A stretch of DNA of 64,000 nucleotides from Eledone cirrhosa (Eukaryota), in assembly GCA_964016885.1 (NCBI GenBank), contig OZ024744.1:11966001-12030000 (forward strand). Reading direction: 5' to 3'. A program made the translations under genes and the position numbers. Shown here in pieces: positions 1-11,934 of this stretch (the stretch's first letter is position 1; the number at the start of each line of letters is the position of its first letter). The notes beneath the pieces were generated by a model. The model ran no database searches and had not been told where the DNA came from. It saw only the letters and a list, made by a program, of their open reading frames with translations.

Positions 1-1240
1 CCGTCGTCATGTACCAACCTGCCCCTGGTAAGCAGTACACTGAACCAAACATCTATGTGCATGGCAAACGACTTGGAGTGGTTGATCAGTTTGTCTACCT
101 GGGGAGCACTGTCAATCGATACGGCAACCTTGACAGTGAAATCTCACTTAGGATTAGGAAAGCAAGTAATGCTTTCGGAAAGCTAGAAAGGCGACTCTGG
201 GGTCGGCGAGACATATGGAGGAGGACAAAGGTAAAGGTGTACAGGGCATGTGTGCTCTCTTGTCTTCTTTATGCCTGCAAGACCTGGGTCACATATCGAC
301 ACCACCTTAAGCAATTGGAGCGTTTCCATCAGATGTGTCTCAGACGGATCCATGGCGTTCACTGGAGGGACCACATCAGTGATGTCGAGATTTTGGAGAG
401 CTCTATGTGTGACAGTATAGAAGCTCTTGTGCTTAAGCAACGACTCCGTTGGAGTTGTCACCTTGCCAGGATGAAGGATTCTAGAATACCAAAACAACTC
501 TTTTATGGAGAGTTGGTTAAAGGAAAACGACCGCCACATAAACCAAAAAAGAGGTATAAGGATTCCTTGAAAGCCTCTCTGAAAGACGCTAACATCTCTG
601 CTGATACATGGGAGAATATTGCTGCTGATCGTAATAAATGGAGAAAGACTGTATATGAGGGAAAAGTTGCCTTTGAGGCATCTCGAATCGCATACGAGAA
701 AGTAAAGCGGGATGTGAGGAAGGGCATTGCACTTCCAGACGGCGAGGGTCCTCCTATGGTGCTGACATGCAGCGTATGTGCGAGACTCTGCCTAAGCAAA
801 GCTGGACTCGAAAGTCATCTTCGCAGTCATAAAGTAAGACCAGTGGTTGACTACCAGGCTTCTGTTGGAGATGCTACTCATCATGCTTGCCAAACATGTG
901 GTAGAGAATGTAAATCAGCAGGAGGGCTCAAGCGACATGCAAAAGTACACGAACTCCAGCCACAGCCGACTATTCCCAGTGAATGTTTTGGTTGCCGACT
1001 CTGTGCAAGACATTTTAGATCATTGGCTGGGCTAAAAAGCCACATTCGATCGCAGCACTGTTAGTTGCTATCGTGTGTGTGTGTGTAGATATGCTTATGT
1101 GTGTGCGTGTGTGTGTATATATATATGTATATCTATATTATTATTGTTGTTGTCGTTATTATTATTGTTGTTATTATTATTATTATTATTATTGTTATTA
1201 ATGTATGTGTGTGTATATGTGTGTGAGTGTGTGTGTGTGG

Positions 1241-1272
<32 letters not shown>

Positions 1273-1410
1273 ATATATATTTCTTTTTTTTTCTTTTTAT
1301 TTATTATTATTTTTTTTTTTTTTCTTTCTCCTCGTGCAATGGCCATACTCGATAACGAGGGGGAAGCCATCATGTATGTATGTATGTATGTATGTATGTA
1401 TATATGTATG
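1..1410 (+). mobile_element. RTE-clade LINE, 3' portion (RT C-terminus, three C2H2-type zinc fingers, 3' UTR, terminal hairpin, (TGTA)n tail)
   Basis: ORF 9-1064 has RTE C-terminal motifs (FVYLGS, RIRKASNAFGKL, LLYACKTW, RLRWSCHLARM, RIPKQLFYGEL). It ends in CxxC..H..H fingers (CSVC..H..H, CQTC..H..H, CRLC..H..H). Hairpin at 1339-1370, then (TGTA)n at 1372-1410. Confidence 0.9.
1072..1330. repeat. Compound microsatellite (GT)n/(TTA/TTG)n/poly-T within the RTE 3' UTR
   Basis: Directly visible simple repeats. Confidence 0.9.
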
Positions 1411-3778
1411 TTCTTCTGGTTTTATAATTTCACAAAGTGTTACCAATAGAGAGAGAGTCGGTTTCTAACATAGACACAAGACTCTCTCATTGGAATTTAC
1501 ACAACATCAACTAGGTAGATATGTATGTATGTCTGCATGTGTAGATATGGATGTTATTGTATGTGTGGATGTGGATGTTTTGAGTTGTATGTGTGTATGT
1601 GTATATGCTTTGCATCTGTTCATGTTTATGCAGTTATTAGATGCAAAATGTTTGGAATGTTTTACATATTTTTACTGTTCCATTAATGGATTGTACTTGT
1701 AATTTCCTAACTAGTTGTGTTCTTTCTGTTCCTGTGAAGCCTAGCTTCTCAAGATTTGTATTAAGGCAGTTACTGACATATCCCAGTGTCCCAATAATCA
1801 CAGGCATAAATCTGAAGGTGTAATCAGGGTGGAGTATCTGAAGATTTCTCATCAATTCTGCATAAATATTCTCCTTTTCACTACTCTTTGCTATTATATT
1901 GGCATCTGCTGGGCAGCTAATTTCCACTACTGTGCATGGTTTCTTCTCCCTGTCCCATATCATAATATCTGGTCTGTTATGCCTGCATTTTATTGGGGTT
2001 TTTACTGGAACATTCCACCAGTACTCTTTCATATTATGTACATGGATGTCTTCCACATTGCTGTAGCTTTTAATGTGTTTATTATCGGGGCTATCTTTTT
2101 TACGAACTGCATTGTACAGTGTTTTGGCCACTACATCATGCCTCATAGGTAGATAGTACCGCGATGACATCTTTGGACAGCTGCTGATGACATGGGTGAT
2201 ATCCCCGACGTTAGTTCTGCAGAGTCTGCACTTGTTCTCACATCTAGGTGTTTTGCCTGCATCCCTATCTCTTTTGTGAATCAGGTATTTCGTGTTAATC
2301 TCCTGTTCTTGGATTGCAAAAGTGTATCCTTCAATGTGGGAGCCAATATAGCGGTTGTTGGTCCAAGATAGACTACTTTCCTTATCTATATTACTCTCAC
2401 TCTGGAACTTCTTGGCAACATATCCATGCATGATTTTTTGCTGATAAGCATGCAGTTTTTCATCCATGGATTCACTGCGATACTGCTGAGCGACATCCCT
2501 GGGTGTGAGTTTTTGATTATCACACAGGGAATATCTCTCGAGGAGTTCCTTCCCAACTCTCATGATCTTATCTGTTTCATGCAGATAGACTTGCTCAAGA
2601 AATAGGCTCCTACGCTTCAAGGTTCATAGATGTTGTCGGAGAGATATGATGCGACATTCAAATGTTGTCTGGACTGATGTTAGGCCTCTGCTTCCCTGCT
2701 TACGTTTCAAGTAAAGGCGGTCTATCTCACTATTAATATGGAAGTTTCCAGTGTGGTTTAGTATTTTTCGAGTTCCAACATCAACTGATCGGATTTCGTC
2801 TATCGTCCAATTGAGTATTCCAAACGTTGGTGTTAGGACAGGCACAGCAAACACATTGTGAGCCACTGTTTTGTTTTGCGCAGAGAATTCCGATGACCAA
2901 ATCTTTCTTAATCGGGTGTAGTATTCCCTGGTTACGTGTTCCTTATTACAGATACCATTATAGGATATGTTCTCATCTATCCCCAGGTATCTGTAGCAGT
3001 CCTCATCAGATATCGGTGAAACAGTTAGGCCATTGATGACAATGTTGCTAGATTGGGTTGTTATTTTTCCCCGCTTTACATTCAAATATTTTGGCCAAAC
3101 TCCATTCCTATATGCTTTGAGATTTTTCTTCATCCCATCCATGTTCTTGGCATAGAATTTCAGATCGTCCACAAAGAAATTATGGGTTAGATTCGTATTT
3201 CTGTCCTCCTGTGAGCCAATGATGTATCCCTCACATTTCTTGAGCAGAAAGGACAAGGGGTTTAATGACAAGATGAATAATATCACAGAGAGACTGTTTC
3301 CCTGAAATATGCCCCTGCGATATTTTATTTTATCAGTGAAAATAGAGTCCTCCCTCTGGTACTTTAGCAAGTTGGAGGGCCTCTATCATCCAAGAGGGGG
3401 GAACAGAATCGAAAGCTTTGCTGTAGTCCAGCCAGACTGTAGCCATATTCCTCCTAAGTTGTCGCACCTCCGACATCGCAGTTTCGTTGATTAGGAGTTG
3501 TTCAGCACATCCCCAAAACCCCTTTCTTTCCAGCTGCTTGTTCATCTGTGATGATGTTATTATTTTCCCAGTGATCTTCGAGGAATAGATTCAGGCAGGC
3601 TGTATACATCTTATACATCAGGTTCTGGCATGCAATGGGTCGGTAGTGTTTTGCCAAGTGGGGGTCTTTGTTCTTGGGGACCAGTAATGTTTGTGCTAAT
3701 GTCAACCATTCTGGTATAAGTGTATCTCCCTTTAGAACTTGTTGGTAGAGGTCAGTAAGATACCTCCGATAGAATATC
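1411..3778 (-). mobile_element. R4/Dong-like non-LTR retrotransposon (RT, CCHC knuckle, restriction-like endonuclease), 5'-truncated, disrupted
   Basis: ORF pieces 3502-3951, 3333-3545, 2624-3370 and 1637-2620 give YRPIAC, WLDYSKAFDSVP, GIFQGNSLS, FFVDDLK, CRLC..H..C, RHD and PDIMIWD..VVEISCP (RLE PD-D/E motif). Confidence 0.88.
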
Positions 3779-3828
3779 AAACACCTGCAGCTTCGGCAGC
3801 ATCCGATTATGTATGTATGTATGTATGT

Positions 3829-4497
3829 GAGACAGGTTGTACTGGGATACATGGTCGGGTCGTTGGCGACTAAACTGGCAACCCCACCAAGGTTTCTTGG
3901 TGAGGAGGGTGACTTTGGACATCCTGCAGGACTAAATACAAAACCTGTCAAAGGGCAAAGGAGCTCTTAAGAGTCAATGGCCATCCAAAATCACCGGGAG
4001 AGATGACTTCTTAGCCTTTGTCAAAGCAGAATTCTAGGAGAAGGAAAACTCTGATATAACACCTGCAACCCTGATGGTATCCAATGATGTTGACTTGTTC
4101 TTCTTTTTGGTAAATATCATCTTGGTTATGAGAGTGGGACTGGCTTTGTGCAGTGCCTTTGCTCACTATAAAAGCTTCACGGCACAGGCATTTCTTTATA
4201 TCTGGAGATCTCTCTGCACTTGTCGTCACATGGTACCATGGGCCCAGCACTATGTGTCAATAATTGTCACAAGTGTAGTGTTTGTACCAGAGTTTTCAAG
4301 TCGCTGGCTGGACTAAAAAGTCACACTCGTTCAGCGCATCGCTAGGGGTTCTCCTACATGGATATAAAGTAGTGGCCGTACTCGAAAACGAGTTGGCAGC
4401 CACCATGTATGTATGTATGTATGTATGTATGTATGTATGTATGTATGTATGTATGTATGTATGTATGTATGTATGTATGTATGTGTATGTATGTATG
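3829..4497 (+). mobile_element. Non-autonomous RTE-derived short element, copy 1, with (TGTA)n tail
   Basis: The 3' part reads CSVCTRVFKSLAGLKSHTRSAHR*, homologous to the last finger of ORF 9-1064. It has the same terminal hairpin (4372-4403) and tail (4405-4497). The 5' part is non-coding and lacks RT. Confidence 0.7.
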
Positions 4498-7130
4498 TTC
4501 TTCTGGTTTTATAATTTCACAAAGTTTTACCAATAGAGATAGAGTCGGTTTCTAACTTAGACACAAGACTCTCTCATTGGAATTTACACAACATCAACTA
4601 GGTAGATATGTATGTATGCATGCATGTGTAGATATGGATGTTATTGTATGTGTTATGTGGATGTTTTGAGTTGTATGTGTGCATGTGTATATGCTTTGTA
4701 TTTGTACATATGTATATGCAGTTATTAGATGCAACATTTTTGGAATGTTTTGTTTTACATATTTTTACTGTTCCATTAATAGATTGTACTTGTAATTTCC
4801 TAACTGGTTGTGTTCTTACTGTTCCTGTGAAGCCTAGCTTCTCAAGATTTGTATTGAGGCAGTTACTAACATACCCCAGTGCCCCAATAATCACAGGCAT
4901 AAATCTGAAGGTGTAATCAGGGTGGAGTATCTGCAGATTTCTCATCAGTTCTGCATAAATATTCTCCTTTTCACTAATCTTTGATATTATATTGCCATCT
5001 GCTGGGCAGCTAATTTCCACTACTGTGCATGCTTATGCCTGCATTTTATTGGGGGTCTTTACTGGAACATTCCACCAGTACTCTTTCATATTATGTACAT
5101 GGATGTCTTCCACATTGTTGTAGCTTTTAATGTGTTTATTATCGGGGCTATCTTTTTTACGAACTGCATTGTACAGTGTTTTGGCCACTACATCATGCCT
5201 CATAGGTAGATAGTACCGCGATGACATCTTTGGACAGCTGCTGATGACATGGGTGATATCCTCGATGTTAGTTCTGCAGAGTCTGCACTTGTTATCACAT
5301 CTAGGTGTTTTGCCTGCACCCCTATCTCTTTTGTGAATCAGGTATTTCGTGCTAATCTCCTGTTCTTGGATTGCAAAAGCGTATCCTTCAAAGTGAGAGC
5401 CAATATAGCGGTTGTTGGTCCAAGATAGACTACTTTCCTTATCTATATTACTCTCACTCTGGAGCTTCCTGGCAACATATCCATGCATGATTTTTTGCTG
5501 ATAGTTATACAGTTTTTCATCCATGGATTCACTGCAATACTGCTGAGCGACATCCCTGGGTGTGAGTTTTTGATTATCACACAGGAATATCTCTCAAGGA
5601 GTTCCTTCCCAACTCTCATGATCTTATCTGTTTCATGCAGATAGACTTGCTCGAGAAACGGGCTCCTACGATTCGAGGTTCGTAGATGTTGTCGGAGAGA
5701 TATGATGCGACATTCAAATGCTGTCTGGACTGATGTTAGGCCTCTGCTTCCCTGCTTACGTTTCAAGTAAAGGCGGTCTATGTCACTGTTGATATGGAAG
5801 TTTCCGGTGTTGTTCAGTATTTTTCGAGTTCCAACATAAACTGCTCGGATTTCGTCTATCGTCCAATTGAGTATTCCAAACGTTGGTGTTAGGACAGGCA
5901 CAGCAAACACATTGTGAGCTACTGTTTTGTTTTGTGCAGAGAGTTCCGATCACCAGATCTTTCTTAATCGGGTGTAGTATTCCCTGGTTACTCGTTCTTT
6001 ATTACAGATACCATTATAGGATATGTTCTCATCTATCCCCAGGTATCTGTAGCAGACCTCATCAGATATCGGTGAAACAGTTAAACCATTGATGACAATG
6101 TTGCTAGATTGGGTTGTTGTTTTTCCCCGCTTTACAGTCATGTATGAGCATTTATCTTGGCCAAACTCCATTCCTATATCCTTTGAGAACGTTGTAACCA
6201 GGTCAAGATTTTTCTTCATCCCATCCATGTTCTTGGCATAGAGTTTCAGATCGTCCACAAAGAAATTATGGTTTAGGTTCATATTTCTGTCCTCCTGTGA
6301 GCCAATGATGTATCCCTAACATTTCTTGAGCAGAAAGGACAAGGACAAGATGAACAATACCACAGAGAGACTGTCCCCCTGAAATATTTTATTTTATCAG
6401 TGAAAATAGAATCCTCCCTCTCTGTCTTTAACCTTAGGATAGTAGCCCAAGAAGAAGACAGCCTCTCTATGGCTCTGACAATAATGTCTGGGACTTTAGC
6501 AAGTTGGGGGGGGCCTCTATCATCCAAGAGTGGGGAACAGAATCGAAAGCTTTCTTGTAGTCCAGCCAGACTGTAGCCATATTCCTCCTAAGTTGTCGCA
6601 CCTCCGACATCGCAGTTTTGTTGATTAGGAGTTGTTCAGCACATCCCCAAACCCCTTTCTTTCCAGCTGCTTGTTCATCTGTGATGATGTTATTATTTTC
6701 CCAGTGATCTTCGAGGAATAGGTTCAGGCAGGCTGTATACATCTTATACATCAGGTTCTGGCATGCAATGGGTCGGTAGTTTTTTGCCAAGTGGGTGTCT
6801 TTGTTCTTGGGCACCAGTAAAGTTTGTGCTAATGTCAACCATTCTGGTAAAAGTGTATCTCCCTTAAGAACTTGTTGTTAGAGGTCAGTAAGATACCTCC
6901 GATAGAATATTAGTTTTTTGTACCAGTAGCCGACAATCATGTCTCTTCCTGGTGTTTTCTTATCTTGGAGTTTTCCTATCACAGTCTCAAGGGTACCCTC
7001 ACTTATTTCGTATGTTTTTGTTGTAGTGTAGGAGCAATAGTTCTTTCGGATGTCTCTTAGCCACACTGCATCTTGGTTGAAATTCTTCTTTTCACCCCAT
7101 ATTTTTCTCCAAAAGGAATCTATGTCTTTG
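4498..7130 (-). mobile_element. R4/Dong-like non-LTR retrotransposon, copy 2, 5'-truncated
   Basis: Near-identical to 1411-3778 over the shared length, including the 3' end (TTCTTCTGGTTTTATAATTTCAC on +). ORF pieces 4598-7066 carry RT and RLE motifs. Confidence 0.88.
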
Positions 7131-7159
7131 TATTATGTATGTATGTATATATGTATGTT

Positions 7160-7428
7160 TTTAGTCCTGCAGGATGTCCAAAATCACCCTCCTTCACGAC
7201 ACAGGCATTGCTTTATATCTGGAGATCTCTCTGCACTTGTCATCACATTGTACCATGCACTATGTGTCAATAATTGTCACAAGTGTAGTGTTTGTACCAG
7301 AGTTTTCAAGTCGCTGGCTGGACTAAAAAGTTACACTCGTTCAGCGCATCGGTAGGGGTTCTCCTACATGGATATAAAGTAGTGGCCGTACGCGAAAACG
7401 AGTTGGCAGCCACCATATATATATGTAT
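7160..7428 (+). mobile_element. Non-autonomous RTE-derived element, copy 2, with short inverted 5' segment
   Basis: 7193-7414 matches 4176-4404. 7160-7192 is the reverse complement of about 3903-3935. Confidence 0.7.
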
Positions 7429-7852
7429 GATGACCCCTTAGCCTTTGTCAAGGCAGAATTCTAGGAGAAGGAAAACTTTGATATAACACCTGCAACCCTG
7501 ATGATATCCAAAGATGTTGACTTGTTCTTCTTTTTCGTAAATAACATCTTGGTTAAGAGAGTGGGACTGGCTTTGTGCAGTGCCTTTGCTCACTATAAAA
7601 GCTTCACGACACAGGCATTGCTTTATATCTGGAGATCTCTCTGCACTTGTTGTCACATGGTACCATGGTCCCAGCACTATGTCAATAATTGTCACAAGTG
7701 TAGTGTTTGTACCAGAATGCATCGGTAGGGGTTCTCCTTCATGGATATAAAGTGGTGGCCGTACTCGAAAACGAGTTGGCAGCCACCATGTATGTATGTA
7801 TGTATGTATGTATGTATGTATGTATGTATGCATGTATGTATGTATGCATATG
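7429..7852 (+). mobile_element. Non-autonomous RTE-derived element, copy 3, 5'-truncated, with (TGTA)n tail
   Basis: Matches ~4003-4404 with a small internal deletion. Hairpin GGTGGC..GCCACC, then tail at 7788-7852. Confidence 0.72.
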
Positions 7853-8388
7853 TTCTCTTTTTCTCTTAATTTCGAGTATATTTTTGATCGGCCACCTTCC
7901 TCTGGCAAGGTTGTAAAAGAAAAGAAATTGTCATCCCTTGAATCGCAAGAATGTTTTGCAAATTTTGAAGGTGCCAGCTATCGCAGCCATTTGTAGACTA
8001 TGAATTAGGGAGCTGCGCTCTTTGTCCGCAAATCCAAGTTCAGTCATATTTTGGTCCAAACGGGTTGGTATATAACCCGTAGCACCAATAATGAGGGGTA
8101 TGAAGCTAAAGGTGTATCTTGGATACTGGATTTGTAAACTCCTCATCAATGGTCCGTAGATGTCCTCCTTTTCCTGTATTTTTCTGACAACGTTTACATC
8201 AAGTGGGCAGCTGATCTCCACAACGGAACACGTTTTCAATGTGTGGTCCCAAACAACAATATCAGGCCGGTTGTGCTTTAATTTGGTGGCAGTTTTTATT
8301 TTCAGGTTCCACCAGTATTCCTTAGTGCCATCTGTCTCAATATATTCTTCCTCGTTTGTTGTTAATTTTGTTTTCTGAAGTGCGTTCC
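7853..8388 (-). mobile_element. Second R4/Dong-like family, 3' fragment (RLE domain and 3' UTR)
   Basis: ORF 7931-8239 (KTCSVVEISCPLD..EKEDIYGPLMRSLQ..) is preceded by YWWN..KHNRPDIVVWD. It is homologous to but divergent from 1637-2620 and has a different 3' UTR. Confidence 0.8.
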
Positions 8389-8389
8389 A

Positions 8390-10865
8390 AATGGTTCAGA
8401 TGCCAGGCCAGGGATATTTGGAAGTTATCCAGAGGCCCTGGGCTGAAAGTTCTCCGGAAGAGAGCAAACAGCTGATCTTCTTCAACCCCCAGGATCTTTC
8501 CGAGAATGTCGTCGCTCTTCCCCTCCACTAGTCCTCTATAGAACGCCAAGGTGGATGTTCCACCGATACTGGTGCCCAGCTGGCAGAGGGCATTGAGCAC
8601 CTGGAGACATTTCAGTTTGGAAGTTATCCAGAGGCCCTGGGCTGAAAGTTCTCCGGAAGAGAGCAAACAGCTGATCTTCTTCAACCCCCAGGATCTTTCC
8701 GAGAATGTCGTCGCTCTTCCCCTCCACTAGTCCTCTATAGAACGCCGAGGTGGATGTTCCACCGATACTGGTGCCCAGCTGGCAGAGGGCATTGAGCACC
8801 TGAAGACAGTTCAGTTTCCAAGCGCTATCCCTCGGTCTTTTTCTGACCCAGGACTGCAGCTCTGTCAAGGAGACGAGCTGTGGGAAAACGTGCCTGGCGA
8901 ACGGCGTCCACACCCGTTCACCGTCAAGGAAGCACCAGAGATGTCGCAGCCTCAGCGCATGTTTGCGCATCATCAGCCATGTCATGCCCAGTCCTCCACG
9001 CAACGGGTGTTGACACCAGATGGATCGTCTGACCATGGGAGCGCGTCCCTTCCACAAAAAGCGGAAGAGGAGGCGCTCCATTTTGGTGAGAGTTGGGTCG
9101 GGGCAAGGGACGACGGTGAGGCGGTAGCAGATGACGGATGCGATGTACGCATTTGCCACCTCCGCCCGGCCTTTCAGGGACAGCTTCCTCTCGGCCCATT
9201 TCTGGGTGAGGGAGGCCACCTAGCTCCAGTTTTTCTCCATCTGGAGGTCCGGTCTGAACCAGACCCCAAGCAATTTAACCTGTCAGTCCGTCCAACGCCC
9301 CACGATGCTGTCGGATGGCATGGACTTGCCTCTCCAGCTTCCGAGCTGCAACCCCACCGACTTTTCTTGGTTTACCTTTGCTCCTGTCACCGCTTCGTAT
9401 TCCTTGAGAGCGGGGCCGAGCATCTGGACGTGTCTGGTGCTTGACACCACCACGATGACGTCGTCGGCATAAGCCGACTCGGATTTCCCGCCTCCTAGTT
9501 CGCGTGGGACGCCCCTCATCGCCCCCAGTTTGTGCAGTAACGGCTCGAGAGCCAATACGTACAAGAGGGACGAGAGAGGACAACCCTGGCGGACTGAGCA
9601 CATCATGCTGAACGGCTGCAACAGGTGACCGTTCACCCTCACAACTGAGCAGATGTCGCTGTCCATCGCAGCGATCCAACCCCTGAAAACGGGCCCGAAA
9701 CCGACCACCTCGATGACCGCCGCCAGGTACAGATGGTCGACCCTATCGAATGCTTTGGATTGATCCAAGTTGATCAGGGCCCCACCCTTGCCAGGTTCCT
9801 TAACCCCCCTCTCTATCATGTATCGCATGAGGTGGAGGTTGTTGTGTATGGATCTGTCCGGAATGGCGCATGTCTGCGCCTCTCCCACCAGACTCTTGAC
9901 GACAAGCGCCAACCTTGTTACTAACACCTTGGCCAAAATCTTGAACTCTGCGTTTAGCAGAGTTATGGGCCTGAAGTTATCGATAACATCCCCCTTGTTC
10001 GGGTCTTTTCTCAGCACCTCCACCGCTCCCCGGCTCACAAAACACCCGTTCTACTGCCAGTTGCAGTAGACATCTGCCAAGAGATCGCCGAATAAGTCTG
10101 GCATGTACGTATAAAGCTCGTAGAGTAAACCATCCAAACCTGGCGATTTACCCCTCGTGCAATTAGACATTGCTTCCCGTATTTCACCAGCTGTTATCGG
10201 CCTATCGCAGCACTATGCTGCGGTGGTCGTGAGCCGCGGCAGTCCGTCAAGATATGCACCGAATTCCATACTCCAATCCTGTCCGCCGCCACTCCTGAAC
10301 AATCGAGCTAAGTGCTGTTGAAAAGCTGCACACATCTGCTCGGTCTCGATCGAACAATATTCACCCGTTGTGGTCAGACAAAGACTGAATTGTGGCTTTG
10401 TTTCCACGTCGCGCCTCCACCACCCGGGCCCATTGGACGGCTTTTGTCCCCCTCGTGTATCAGAGCATGCGCTCTAGCTCTGACAATGCAGCCTTCGTGT
10501 TTTGCGTTGAAGAATTGGTCGAGTGCCAATCTCGCCGCAAGCACGTCGATTGCGATGCCTGTTCTAAACGCCTCTTCTAGTTTTCTAACTATTTCTCCCT
10601 CTACTCTATTTTCCTCTATCACTACTCCTCTATCACTACTGGTTAGCCCTTTTCAGGGTAAACCACCACCTGTTGTTGACGATTGCACCCATCAACGCAC
10701 GCTTAACTAATTCGTTAATCCGGTCTCTGTAAGTTTTGCGCGCCGGGAAAGACGCGTTCAGCTTCCAGTAACCAGGCCCTTACCTATGGAATCTATCTAA
10801 GTCGACTTCACAGATCACAAATGTGAGGTTCGTGTTGTCGACTACTTTAAATTGTGGACAACCTA
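8390..10865 (-). mobile_element. Tx1-like (L1 superfamily) LINE ORF2 fragment, decayed
   Basis: ORF 9283-10038 has RT motifs (NFRPITLLN, LDQSKAFDRVDH, VRQGCPLS, AYADDV). ORF 8536-9219 has LSLKGRA..RGGLG, and GPGYWKLN lies near 10770. Homologous to 57518-63124. Confidence 0.88.
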
Positions 10866-10918
10866 CACTACTATTATTGTGGACAACATACACTACCATT
10901 ATTATATAGTAGTAATTA

Positions 10919-10980
10919 TAAAGTACCAGTAATGCACTGGGTATTTACTGGCGTTGTGCCTAAAGTAGAAACAATTATTA
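10919..10980 (+). mobile_element. SINE 3' fragment
   Basis: TAAAGTACCAGTAATGCACTGGG..GTGCCTAAAGTAGAAACAATTATTA matches the 3' end of the SINE at 56263-56460. Confidence 0.65.
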
Positions 10981-11202
10981 TATAGTAGTAATTTTAGTTA
11001 CACGAAGACCCAGGAGGGGAATTAACAGATGTTACTGTCAAGAATGTGGTATATGTTAATCCAAAGACACAGTTTTCAGTGATGTGACTGTAATGTTATA
11101 TAGTAGTAATGTTAGTTACATGAAGACCCAGGAGGGGAATTAACAGATGTTACTGTCAAGAATGTGGTATATGTTAATCCAAAGACACAGTCTTCAGTGA
11201 TA
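10979..11202. repeat. Tandem duplication, ~118 bp x2
   Basis: TAGTAGTAAT..GAAGACCCAGGAGGGG..CCAAAGACACAG occurs at 10983 and 11101. Confidence 0.85.
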
Positions 11203-11934
11203 TGAGAGTAAAAATGATAAGTATCAGTAATTTTATACCTTAATACAGTTGAATGAAAACAAGATTCATACAAAAAAGAATGGGGAGAGTATAGGCGTTT
11301 GTCAGACCAGGTTTGTCACTTTGTTGTTTTCTTAGTCTGCCACACACGACCACCTTAAGACTGTGACCCCAGAGCCACCGACTTAGATAACGTTCTCTTA
11401 TAGAAAGCGCAGGGCGTCAGAGTGTCTGAGAAGAAGACAGTTCTTACTGAGCAGCTTAATCCTTTGATATTCAAGTGATTTGACCTCGAAGATATTCTTT
11501 TTTCTGTCACTACAACAAACAGACAACTTGTTCAGTCAGCCATGTGATGTAGCCACATACACAGTCACAAACACTCGCTAACCAGCCTTGCTGGGATTGG
11601 TACTAGCTGAGTAGGTTACCACCACAAGTTAGTAAATATTACATTTGCACAGATAACACACTACATCTTACGTGCATCTTTTTTCCATTGTTCATTGCTA
11701 CACATGATTTCGAAGTAAATCATATTACAAATAAAAACATTAAAATTAGTAGTGTCTTGTTAATTCTTATGATATGGGGAAAAAGCATCTTCCCCGTGGT
11801 AACATCACTGCACAACACAACAAAGGACTACAACTTTCTGTTTCCTTGAATATGGCATAGCTACTCTTGACTCATTGAGACCAACTTCACTTCACTGGTT
11901 ATTATTTACCTCTCCTTTTCTAGTGGTCAGAGGC

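Noticed and set aside
9-1064. Host C2H2 zinc-finger transcription factor
   Set aside because: The fingers are fused in frame to an RTE C-terminus, lack TGEKP linkers and are followed by a LINE tail.
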